From the IMG/VR virus record IMGVR_UViG_3300010401_000040, positions 1-56,547 of that record: a stretch of DNA of 56,547 nucleotides; one strand, 5' to 3'. The stretch comes from a virus (Duplodnaviria; Caudoviricetes). The notes under the pieces were generated by a model. It searched no databases, was not told where the DNA came from, and worked only from the letters and a program-made list of their open reading frames with translations. Shown here piece after piece: positions 26,371 through 34,940 of this stretch. Position numbers and translations under genes: made by a program. Position 1 is the first letter of the stretch, and each line of letters starts with the position of its first letter.

Positions 26371-26413
26371 CGAGCGGCTGATCTTTTTGAGGGGACAGCC
26401 GCTCGTTTCTTTT
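26371..26413 (+). terminator. intrinsic terminator after scaffold
   Basis: CGAGCGGCTG...CAGCCGCTCG then TTTCTTTT. Confidence 0.75.
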
Positions 26414-26415
26414 AG

Positions 26416-26445
26416 TTGACAGGTATCCACCACCTGTAGTAGGAG
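26416..26445 (+). promoter_or_regulatory. putative capsid promoter
   Basis: Perfect TTGACA, N18, weak TAGGAG; inverted repeat ACAGGT-N7-ACCTGT. Confidence 0.5.
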
Positions 26446-26593
26446 GTTGTCCAGGACGTAGCAGTGGCTGGTAGTCCTCAGCCAAAGAGTCTAGCCCGAC
26501 TCATCTTACGGGCATGGCGGTCGGTGACCCTCTTCGCCGCAAATCAATCACGCAGTCCGTGTAACTAACAACATAAACAGATAACAAATTTCT

Positions 26594-28096
26594 ATGAGTT
26601 GCCCAACAGGCGTAATTCAAGCGTGCGATTTCGGCCAGTTCATGGTTGACCAGACGCCGCGCTTCGATGAGTTGATCATGGAGGATATTCGTCCTACCGA
26701 TGGTTGGCTCTATAACATCTCCACCGGCACGACCCCCATGGGGACACCGGTGCAAATCACCCAGGATAGGTTCCGCTCGGTTTGGCCGAACACCACCAAG
26801 AAGTGGAATCAGGTGGTAGCTAACGGCCCCGGTTGCAGCGGTAACCCTTGCGACCTTACCGAGAACCAAATCGGCTGGGGCGCGGATCGGCTGACCTACT
26901 TTGCCGAGCAACAGACCTGGGGCACCCCGCTCATCTGCTACGACCAGGACATGCACATCACGCATGCTGAGCAGCACATCGCCCAGATCATCAACGAAAT
27001 CCTTCGACCGGCGACGACGGCCATCTCGAGCAACTTCCTGCGCAAGCGCGCCCTGCAATGGGCCCGTTTCAAATACCAGGCGGCTTCCGGACTGCCGCAG
27101 TTCACTTTCCAGTGGACGCTCGGTGGCGCTAACCTGGACGAGGAAATCTATTTTGATTGCTCGGCCAACCCCAACCAGGTGTTCCTCTTAGCCCCGCAGA
27201 TGCTGCAGAGCCAGTTCTCTCCGCTGATGCGTAACGGCTACGGTGGCAAGAACCCCTTCAAGGACACGGCCCCTTTCATCGAGCTCGTGACCGACATGGA
27301 CACCTGCTGGCTGCTCGACAAACTCGGCGGCGCTCAGGGCCAAGGCGGAGTTCCCTCGGTCAGCGGCAACTGGCGCTTCACTGAATGGAGCGCGGCCAAT
27401 GAGTATTGGCGCTATGGCTTCTCTGGCCAGGTCGGCAACTTCATGGTGCGCGTCGACGAGATGGGACTGCGGTTCAACTTCGTCCAGGACATGGGTGCCT
27501 CGGCCAACGGCGGCAATGGCAACCGTTACCGCTACCAGATCGTTCTGCCCTACCGCAACGGCGTAACCTCGGGCGCAGGCGGCGCCTCGGGTATCGGCTC
27601 CTTCGAGAACCCCGACTACGACGCTGCCCAATTCCGGCTCTCCTTCATCATGCACAAAAAGGGCATGGAATTGCTGGTGCCGGATGCCCGCCCGCTCAAC
27701 CCGGAGATGCCTTTCGGTCACCGCGATTTCGGTGGCAAGTGGCGGTTTGCGATGCACGACCTGGGGGCTGACTCCAACGGTGTCGCCATCACCAACAAGT
27801 GGGAAAACAAAGGTCAGTTCATCTCATGGTTCAAATACTATGTGCGACCTCTCCACTACGAATTCATGCAAGCCTGGTTCCACAAGAGCGAGCAGCAATG
27901 CATCCCGAACATCAATACGTGCCACGCCGATCCCGGCTACCCGGCGCAGTATTACAATTCGGCGCTGCCGACCTGCCCGTTGCCCGCTGGCTTTGTCCCG
28001 GCTGGCACCACGACACCTCCAGCTCTGCCTCCGGGCAGCGCAGTGGCGGGAACATTCCCGGTCGACTCATTCGCACCGGAGACTCCGAACCAATAA
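26594..28096 (+). CDS. major capsid protein (500 aa)
   Basis: Follows scaffold, has its own promoter and downstream hairpin, strongly biased codons; Cys/Pro-rich C-terminal tail. Confidence 0.78.
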   Translation: MSCPTGVIQACDFGQFMVDQTPRFDELIMEDIRPTDGWLYNISTGTTPMGTPVQITQDRFRSVWPNTTKKWNQVVANGPGCSGNPCDLTENQIGWGADRLTYFAEQQTWGTPLICYDQDMHITHAEQHIAQIINEILRPATTAISSNFLRKRALQWARFKYQAASGLPQFTFQWTLGGANLDEEIYFDCSANPNQVFLLAPQMLQSQFSPLMRNGYGGKNPFKDTAPFIELVTDMDTCWLLDKLGGAQGQGGVPSVSGNWRFTEWSAANEYWRYGFSGQVGNFMVRVDEMGLRFNFVQDMGASANGGNGNRYRYQIVLPYRNGVTSGAGGASGIGSFENPDYDAAQFRLSFIMHKKGMELLVPDARPLNPEMPFGHRDFGGKWRFAMHDLGADSNGVAITNKWENKGQFISWFKYYVRPLHYEFMQAWFHKSEQQCIPNINTCHADPGYPAQYYNSALPTCPLPAGFVPAGTTTPPALPPGSAVAGTFPVDSFAPETPNQ

Positions 28097-28113
28097 CATT
28101 GGTGACGCTACTC

Positions 28114-28147
28114 GCGGGTTCCCGGTCGGGATTGGCCGGGGACCCGC
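28114..28147 (+). terminator. GC-rich hairpin after capsid gene
   Basis: GCGGGTTCCCGGTC...GGCCGGGGACCCGC. Confidence 0.55.
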
Positions 28148-28189
28148 TTATGCGATCCCAATTCAATGGACCCAAACCGAATTTGACGT

Positions 28190-28489
28190 ATGGATTACCC
28201 ATCCAACCCCGGCGGTGGAGAAGAGGACATGTTCCACGACGGTCCGCCCGCCCCGAAGGAAGCAGAAGCCAAACCGGAAAGTTCGACGGGCATCCTGCCC
28301 AAGAGCATTCTTGCGGGAAAGGACTTCAAAGTCGGGGACGAGGTGGTTCTGAAAATCGTTGCCCTTCACGACAACGACGTGGAAGTGGAATACGCCTCTG
28401 AAAAGGGCGGTGAAGAAGAAGGTGGCGGCTACCAGGAAGAGATGCCCGCAGCCGCACCCAGCAACGACATGGCATCCATGATGGAATAA
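28190..28489 (+). CDS. acidic small protein with beta-barrel-like core
   Basis: FKVGDEVVLKIV core with acidic ends. Confidence 0.7.
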   Translation: MDYPSNPGGGEEDMFHDGPPAPKEAEAKPESSTGILPKSILAGKDFKVGDEVVLKIVALHDNDVEVEYASEKGGEEEGGGYQEEMPAAAPSNDMASMME

Positions 28490-28491
28490 TT

Positions 28492-28887
28492 ATGCGCAGC
28501 GACCTACAAACCATTTTGAACATCCCACCGGTCTCCGCCGGTCACGAGTTGCAGAACAAGCAGATGGTCCTGGCGTGGCTCTACATGATCAAGTTCGCGC
28601 CCAATGTGAACTTCAACCTGCCGACCCTGACGACCAAGATCGCCGGGCTGCAGGGGGTAAACGATCAGAACATGATCGACCTGCAGATCTACGGCCTCTC
28701 CCGCTACCTGGGTTATGGCAACAACACCTGGGCCCAGCTAGTCGCCACAGCCCGTGCCGCCATTAACGGCCAGGGTATTCAGCAGCTGGGAGTGCAATCG
28801 CAGACGGCGGTCACACAGGCTGATTTCCAGACGCTCATCAACTACGCCGTGCTGACCGACACCAAGGTGCTATCGGACGCCTCCTAA
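28492..28887 (+). CDS. putative virion protein (131 aa)
   Basis: Structural region; TAATG coupling to the next gene. Confidence 0.7.
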   Translation: MRSDLQTILNIPPVSAGHELQNKQMVLAWLYMIKFAPNVNFNLPTLTTKIAGLQGVNDQNMIDLQIYGLSRYLGYGNNTWAQLVATARAAINGQGIQQLGVQSQTAVTQADFQTLINYAVLTDTKVLSDAS

Positions 28888-29129
28888 TGTCTGTATCCAC
28901 AGACCCATCTGATTTGGCCAACGCCGCGCGCTGCATCTCCTGCGTGATACCGCCAGGGGATCAACTCGCGGTGCAGACCTACCTACTGGCGATCATCGCC
29001 GGGGTGGACACCAGTTCCAGCGGAATTCAAACACTGGTAAATGCCGCCCGCTGTTTCTCCTCCTGCATCCCGCCTGGGGACCAGTTGGCCGTCCAGAACT
29101 ATCTGCTCACTCAGATTGTGAATGCATGA
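28887..29129 (+). CDS. 80-aa protein made of two Cys-containing repeats
   Basis: L.NAARC....IPPGDQLAVQ.YLL twice. Confidence 0.8.
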   Translation: MSVSTDPSDLANAARCISCVIPPGDQLAVQTYLLAIIAGVDTSSSGIQTLVNAARCFSSCIPPGDQLAVQNYLLTQIVNA

Positions 29130-30757
29130 CCGTAGTCACCATCTATGACGAGAACGTTGAATGGGTCTTCAGCGGGGCGGGAACTTTTAACCCGGCTGAC
29201 GTCTCCCTTCCGCACACTGGTGTCATAGATCTCAAGGCGACCGCCTCCCTGGCGGCAGACGAGGGAAAGTGGAAGTCCCCCGTCGGTTACGCCGCTAACC
29301 TTTTAGTTAGCCTCTCGATATGGATAGCCAAGTCGGGCATCTGGTCGAGCACCACTTCGCTCGTCAACGTCTACTTCCTGGACGAGTCACTGAACGTGGT
29401 CGGCTCCCCGATCGTCATCAAGGACGGGGCCTACGGCTTTAGCAGCAGCACGTCCGGCTACCAGAACGTGGTCGTGCCGATCGCCGACTTTGCCCTGCCG
29501 GACTCCTCGATTGTCCGGTATCTGGCCTTCAGCACCGGCACCCACACGACCCTCAGCTACTTCCTGGACACTATCCAGCTTACTGTTATGGCAGTATCCA
29601 CAGACCCATCCACTCTAGCCAATGCCGCTCGTTGTTTTTCCTCCTGCATCCCGGATGGCATGGCAGTGAAATCTTACCTGCTGCTTAATTACGCGAACCT
29701 CCCGACCTGCTCGACGCCCACTTCCCCGGACAACGCCGCCGCGGCTAACGTCACCACGACCACGATGGACCTCTCCTGGACCGAAGGGGCAAGCCCCTCG
29801 GCGCCGGTTACCGGTTTCCGAGTGATCTGGGGGACCTCAGTGGGCAGCAGCAACCTGGGCGACGTGACGATCCCTGCTGCTCCCTTGAGTTACACCCTCA
29901 CGGGGCTGCCGACTGGCACTCAGATATTCTTTGCCATCTACGCGCTCTCTGGGGCCTGCCAGAGCGCCAACTCGACTGGCGGCAGTGCCACGACCCAGAC
30001 CCCCAACGGGCTCTTAAACAGCCTCGGCCACTTCTACCGGTTCCAGGAGGCGGCTGCGTTGTTCGCCGACGTTGGGTCCTCCGCCAGTAACACGCCGCTT
30101 AACTACACCAATGCGGGCCTGGACTTCAGTCGTGTGGCAGGTCACGTCGAAACCTTTGCCGGTAATTACGACGGTAGCAACGGGTTCAACTGCGTCGGGA
30201 CACTGGGTGCGGCTGCACCACAAGACTTTGGTGGCGGTGGGCTAGGCACAACGCCGGTCACCTTTGCGATCTGGTTCAAGCCGAGCAACACGCAGCCCAA
30301 CAACGCCCGCACTTGCATCATCATCGGGACCTGGGACGACGACAGCAACGCGGCGCGCGAGTCGTGGGTGGTGACCTTAAACGCCGCGGATAATACCAAG
30401 TGCCAGATGTTTACGCGGGACAATCTCAATAACCTTCACTTCACTGCGCTGGTGGGGAATATTTCACTGAACAACTGGAACTTCCTTTGCGGTGGATGGG
30501 ACAGCGGCAGCAACACGGCCTGGCTCTCGCTCAACGGCGGGGCACGAGTGACGGTGGCGCAGACCTCCATCAACACCACGGTCGGCGGCGCGCGATTCAA
30601 CGTCGCCAACATGTTCGGTCCGCAGCGCGAGACCAACATGTCCTTTGAATCTGTCGGGGTGTGGCAGCGCAACTTCACTGGCCCCGGCGTGGGCACCGAT
30701 ATCGACAACCTCTACAACGGAGGGGCGGGGCTCCCGTTTGGGTCCTTCACGGTATGA
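29126..30757 (+). CDS. multidomain virion protein: beta-sandwich + repeat + FN3 + LamG/concanavalin-like
   Basis: FN3 (MDLSW...GFRVIW...YTLTGLPTGTQIFFAIYA); LamG (TFAIWFKP...NNWNFLCGGWD...LSLNG...DIDNLYN). Confidence 0.8.
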   Translation: MTVVTIYDENVEWVFSGAGTFNPADVSLPHTGVIDLKATASLAADEGKWKSPVGYAANLLVSLSIWIAKSGIWSSTTSLVNVYFLDESLNVVGSPIVIKDGAYGFSSSTSGYQNVVVPIADFALPDSSIVRYLAFSTGTHTTLSYFLDTIQLTVMAVSTDPSTLANAARCFSSCIPDGMAVKSYLLLNYANLPTCSTPTSPDNAAAANVTTTTMDLSWTEGASPSAPVTGFRVIWGTSVGSSNLGDVTIPAAPLSYTLTGLPTGTQIFFAIYALSGACQSANSTGGSATTQTPNGLLNSLGHFYRFQEAAALFADVGSSASNTPLNYTNAGLDFSRVAGHVETFAGNYDGSNGFNCVGTLGAAAPQDFGGGGLGTTPVTFAIWFKPSNTQPNNARTCIIIGTWDDDSNAARESWVVTLNAADNTKCQMFTRDNLNNLHFTALVGNISLNNWNFLCGGWDSGSNTAWLSLNGGARVTVAQTSINTTVGGARFNVANMFGPQRETNMSFESVGVWQRNFTGPGVGTDIDNLYNGGAGLPFGSFTV

Positions 30758-31176
30758 AATACGTAATTTCCATATCCGCCATTACAGCCAGCGCTTACAT
30801 GCTTTTTTTAGTGTGGACGGCCTCGATGCTGGTAGAGACTCGGGTCCGAGCCGTGCAGCCGCCGATCGGGATACTGGCCTACTCGAACATCAACAATAAG
30901 TTCGCCCAGGCGACGATCGTCTGGGACCCAGTTGGCGGCGTGGCTAATGCCTATCTGCTGCAGTGGGGGACCAATGCCGGAAAATACTCCTTTGGCAAGG
31001 TGGTGAAAACCAACCAGTGCGTGGTGCAGTTGCCTTACGGACCTGGATACTACTTCCAAGCCGTTTCTCTGAACGTGCAGTGGCCGAGCCTCATCCTGCC
31101 TTCCGGTCAATCGCAGCGCCTCTATTTCAAGCCGACGACAACCGGCCCAATCAATCAATCCGTAACCAAGTTCTAA
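30754..31176 (+). CDS. signal/TM-anchored FN3-like protein
   Basis: N-terminal hydrophobic helix; ATIVWD...YLLQWGTNAGKY...YYFQAVS. Confidence 0.65.
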   Translation: MKYVISISAITASAYMLFLVWTASMLVETRVRAVQPPIGILAYSNINNKFAQATIVWDPVGGVANAYLLQWGTNAGKYSFGKVVKTNQCVVQLPYGPGYYFQAVSLNVQWPSLILPSGQSQRLYFKPTTTGPINQSVTKF

Positions 31177-31224
31177 AACCAAACGATGCCACCAGCCCAC
31201 AAGTGAACCAAACCCAAGGGGCAA

Positions 31225-31491
31225 ATGACATTTAATTCACTAATAAAATCCATCCGATACATGAGAGACAAAGGCGTAAATTTGAACACTCTCCTGTTGG
31301 GGATCTTGCTGGCTTTAGGAAAGTTCGGCGGGTCAGAGTTGTTCGCGGAGATCAAAACCGTTCACGACTCTATGATAGGGATAAAGGCTGAGATCAGCAT
31401 TATCCAGAGTTACAGCCTGGACACTCGCACCCGGCTTGCCGCCGTGGAGGCCGATATTATCAAAATCAAATTGGACAACAATCTGCGGTGA
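31225..31491 (+). CDS. membrane-anchored coiled-coil protein
   Basis: LNTLLLGILLALG followed by a heptad region. Confidence 0.6.
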   Translation: MTFNSLIKSIRYMRDKGVNLNTLLLGILLALGKFGGSELFAEIKTVHDSMIGIKAEISIIQSYSLDTRTRLAAVEADIIKIKLDNNLR

Positions 31492-31787
31492 ACTTCCTGT
31501 CGCGAGTAACCTTCCGGATGGCGGTGGCGTGGGGAGTTCTGTTCTCACTCAACTCGCTGGGCACCTGCCTCATGGTGGCTCTCAACAACACCGTTTGGGT
31601 GGAACTTACCGCCCAGAAGAAATTCGTCCTGGTGTTAGGCGTTATGGTCAACTGGACCGGAGTGATCATGGCCTTCGTGTCCAAAACGGTCGCTCGCCTG
31701 GAGGCGGGGAAGCTACCACCTACCAACGGAGATACTTCATTCTTGACTAAGGACGAGGTCCCTACGACAACTCAACCTACAAAATGA
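31488..31787 (+). CDS. 2-TM protein, holin candidate
   Basis: Two TM segments and a charged tail. Confidence 0.55.
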   Translation: MNFLSRVTFRMAVAWGVLFSLNSLGTCLMVALNNTVWVELTAQKKFVLVLGVMVNWTGVIMAFVSKTVARLEAGKLPPTNGDTSFLTKDEVPTTTQPTK

Positions 31788-32134
31788 AACGATCAATCAT
31801 CACGCTGGCATTACTGCTGGCAATCGTCGGCTGCTCCAAGTTCGCGAACAACGTGTTCCGAACTGAGCAAGCCATCACTGGGGTCGCCTACACGGCTTAC
31901 GTAGGCTATACGAACGGCCTGGCCAGCGGCGCCATCAAGGTGAGCGTCGATGAGAGCAACGCCGTTAAGTCCGCCCGGCTCAAGCTGGCAGCCAGCCTCG
32001 CTACCGTGGACAGCTGGATGGATGTTTACCAAACCAACGCCACCGTTGAACCGCAGGTGCAGGCTGCACTGGATGCCGCCATCGCCAACAGTTCTAACGT
32101 GGTCTACCTCATCAACCTGTTCAAAAACAAATGA
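31784..32134 (+). CDS. lipoprotein
   Basis: MKR + hydrophobic + IVGC lipobox. Confidence 0.75.
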   Translation: MKRSIITLALLLAIVGCSKFANNVFRTEQAITGVAYTAYVGYTNGLASGAIKVSVDESNAVKSARLKLAASLATVDSWMDVYQTNATVEPQVQAALDAAIANSSNVVYLINLFKNK

Positions 32135-32379
32135 CTTCCACTGAAATCAAAACACTACTGGATACCGTCGTAACCGACCTTAATAGCGCCGCTGACTTTG
32201 CCGGTATTATTGACCCAGCCCTGGTTCCCTTCATTGCCATCGGTAAAGCGGTGGACAAGATGATACCGGGATTGGCGAGCGGCGTAGCTGGCTGGATTGA
32301 GGGCAACGCCCCAACCGATCAAGAGAAGGCTGAAAAGGCCGCTCAGCTGGCGGTTCTGGGCAACCCCAATCTTCCGTGA
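32131..32379 (+). CDS. hypothetical protein (82 aa)
   Basis: ATGA/GTGA coupling. Confidence 0.7.
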   Translation: MTSTEIKTLLDTVVTDLNSAADFAGIIDPALVPFIAIGKAVDKMIPGLASGVAGWIEGNAPTDQEKAEKAAQLAVLGNPNLP

Positions 32380-34940
32380 GGCTGTTCCTTAAGACGCTGC
32401 TCCTTTGTGGGATTGTCTGCGCCGCCTCCGCCCAGACAATCTCCTATTTCAACTACGGATTCCTGAGGCAACCCAGCGCGGCTGCTGATCGGGCTTACCT
32501 CGGTATCAATGGGACCAACTCCGGAGGCACGGAGGTCTCAGTGAGTTGGCCGCTGTTAGCCTCCACCAACGGAACGGACCCGATCCTTGTCTCGCTCTCA
32601 TTCGACCAGGGGTTTACCAACGGCCTCGCTACGATTTCCTACGTCGATGCCAGCGGGACGATTATCAGCAACGCCCTGTTCGCGCTCATCCCCTCATCAT
32701 CAGGGGCTCTATGGGCGACCGTGGTGTCGGCAGGAACTAACGTCTTAGTGCTCACCAACTCGGCGAGTGGGACCAACAACTACACGGTGAACGGACTCAC
32801 GGATACCAACGTGGTAAACAGCCTTGCCGCAGTTCAGGCCACGAACTCATTAGTTTTGGCCACCAACAACGACATTGCTGTAAGCAACAACATTTACCCA
32901 CAGATTGTGGCAGCGACGAACGGGTGGGGAGTGAACAATTTTTCTTGGATGTTTGGCGATGGGAGCGATGGTGGTGTGACTTTTGATGGGAGTTCGGTTG
33001 TGTTAGGGCTTACGCCATCAGGGAGCATTTACACACTCACTAGATCGATTTACTGCACGTCGATAACCATAAATAATGGAGTGACCGTCAAGCCGGTTGG
33101 ATTCAGGATTTTTTGCACAGGCACGCTGACGAACAACGGCACGATTTCAAACAATGGAACTGACGCAACCACTAGGGTAACGGCTGGCGCTGCTGGCGGT
33201 CCCGGATCGGAACTTTTAGCCGGACAGACAGCAAGTGCCGGGGCGAGTTCTGGTAATAATTCAGGGTCCATATCCAGTTCGTTGACCATAAACGCTGGTT
33301 GGGGTGGTGCTGGCGGACGGGGCGGTTCTGGTGGTAACGGCAGCGGAAGTCCTGGCACAGGTGGCTCTGCTGGGACGGTTAGTTTTACCCAAAGAGTAAC
33401 CAGATTTCTAACCGATTTCATAATTTCAAGCGTTGGTAATAATCAGGCTATGGGTGGTGGCGGGACGGGTGGTGGCGGTGCTTCTGGAAATGGAAGCCAG
33501 TCCGGAAATGGAAACGGCGGAGACGCTGGCGGCGGCGGTGGCGCGGTTATGATATTTGCCAACTCCATAAGCAATGCCAACGGAACGATTAGCGCAAAAG
33601 GAGGAAATGGATTCTCTGGTGGCAGCGGTGGCCTCAGTGGGCTTGGGGGCGGCGGAGGCGGGGGTGGTGGGGGTGGTGGTCTGATATATCTGGTCTATAA
33701 TTCGATAATCCCTGGGACGCTAAATGTCGCAGGCGGCACCAAAGGTGTTAAGGGAATCGGAGGTGGTGGCGGGGGATTGGACGGTTCTGACGGGAGTGAT
33801 GGTAGCGTGGGGACAATCCTTCAATTTCAGCTTTCTTCCCCATCAGGCGGCGGGCCTCCTGGCCCAATCGGCGCGACGGGTCCACAAGGACCGACTGGCC
33901 CTGTGAGTAGCGTTGCCGTTGCAGTCGGCCAAGGATTAACCGTTTCAGGCTCCCCGATTACCAGCAGTGGAACGATCACCGTAGGGGCACAAGGAAACAT
34001 CGTCACCAATGGGATGAGTCTAACCACGACCGTCAGCAACGTCCTGACAATTGATGCAACGCACTACATTTCTGGACCTGCAAGTCATTCGACAATCACC
34101 AACACAGGTTTGACGAGTGCTGATGCGATCGCGACCGACAGTAACGGGAAACAGATCCAAGCGACGGCGATCACCATTGCCCACATCGCACAGCCGGGAG
34201 TAATAGTCACCAACGGGGAAACTCAAGTGATCACAGTCAGTAACACCTTTGGTGCTGACGCGGCCCATTACCTCACTGGACCCGCAAGCCACAGCACGAT
34301 TACAAACACAGGACTCACCTCGGCAGACGCAGTGGCTACCGACTCAAACGGAAAACTTATCGGCGCAACCGCCGTCCTAATGAGCCACATAGCTCAGCCT
34401 GGGATAATCGTTACCAACGGAGAAACCCAAGTCATAACCGTCAGCAACACCTTCGGTGCGGATGCAGCCCACTTTATGAATGGACCGATGAGCCCAACAC
34501 TGCTGACGAACGGGGCGAGCGGTGGATCAAAGATTCAACTCACCGATTCAAACAAAAAGGTGATTGATGCCGCAGCTTCCGGTTCGGTCCCGATTGACGC
34601 GGATGGAAGCGCGACTACAGCAGCGCAAATCTCCGCGCTCGTCACGATCAACTCCAGCGGCTTCACGAACAACGTCAACTCGCAGTCGGCAAACTATGCA
34701 CTGCTATCGACTGATTGGCTCGTGCTTCTGACGGGGGCCCACACCGCCACACTCCCTACGGCGGTCGGCATAGGAGGTAGATCCTACATCATCAAGTGCA
34801 GCAGCGCGGGCACGAACGCCATCCTGACCACTTCTTCTCAGACGATTGACGGAGCGGCGAAGTGGACTAACACCGCGATCAACAAATTTACCTGGGTGAT
34901 CAGTGACAACGCCAACTGGCGGGTGATTGGCCAGAACTAA
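32376..34940 (+). CDS. fibre/adhesin-like protein with signal peptide, Gly-rich domain, collagen-like stretch and tandem repeats
   Basis: MRLFLKTLLLCGIVCAASA-QT; FGDGSDG...Gly-rich module; GPPGPIGATGPQGPTGP; C-terminal TLPTAVG..GRSYIIK...QTIDG...SDNANW module common in phage fibres. Confidence 0.75.
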   Translation: MRLFLKTLLLCGIVCAASAQTISYFNYGFLRQPSAAADRAYLGINGTNSGGTEVSVSWPLLASTNGTDPILVSLSFDQGFTNGLATISYVDASGTIISNALFALIPSSSGALWATVVSAGTNVLVLTNSASGTNNYTVNGLTDTNVVNSLAAVQATNSLVLATNNDIAVSNNIYPQIVAATNGWGVNNFSWMFGDGSDGGVTFDGSSVVLGLTPSGSIYTLTRSIYCTSITINNGVTVKPVGFRIFCTGTLTNNGTISNNGTDATTRVTAGAAGGPGSELLAGQTASAGASSGNNSGSISSSLTINAGWGGAGGRGGSGGNGSGSPGTGGSAGTVSFTQRVTRFLTDFIISSVGNNQAMGGGGTGGGGASGNGSQSGNGNGGDAGGGGGAVMIFANSISNANGTISAKGGNGFSGGSGGLSGLGGGGGGGGGGGGLIYLVYNSIIPGTLNVAGGTKGVKGIGGGGGGLDGSDGSDGSVGTILQFQLSSPSGGGPPGPIGATGPQGPTGPVSSVAVAVGQGLTVSGSPITSSGTITVGAQGNIVTNGMSLTTTVSNVLTIDATHYISGPASHSTITNTGLTSADAIATDSNGKQIQATAITIAHIAQPGVIVTNGETQVITVSNTFGADAAHYLTGPASHSTITNTGLTSADAVATDSNGKLIGATAVLMSHIAQPGIIVTNGETQVITVSNTFGADAAHFMNGPMSPTLLTNGASGGSKIQLTDSNKKVIDAAASGSVPIDADGSATTAAQISALVTINSSGFTNNVNSQSANYALLSTDWLVLLTGAHTATLPTAVGIGGRSYIIKCSSAGTNAILTTSSQTIDGAAKWTNTAINKFTWVISDNANWRVIGQN
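33995..34490 (+). repeat. about 2.4 tandem 204-bp (68-aa) coding repeats
   Basis: IVTNG...VSN...DA.H...GPASHSTITNTGLTSADA.ATDSNGK recurs with a 204-nt period. Confidence 0.85.

Noticed and set aside
33180-33800. Gly-codon runs as a DNA repeat, DGR or CRISPR-like array
   Set aside because: Explained by a Gly-rich protein domain; no reverse transcriptase and no regularly spaced identical repeats.
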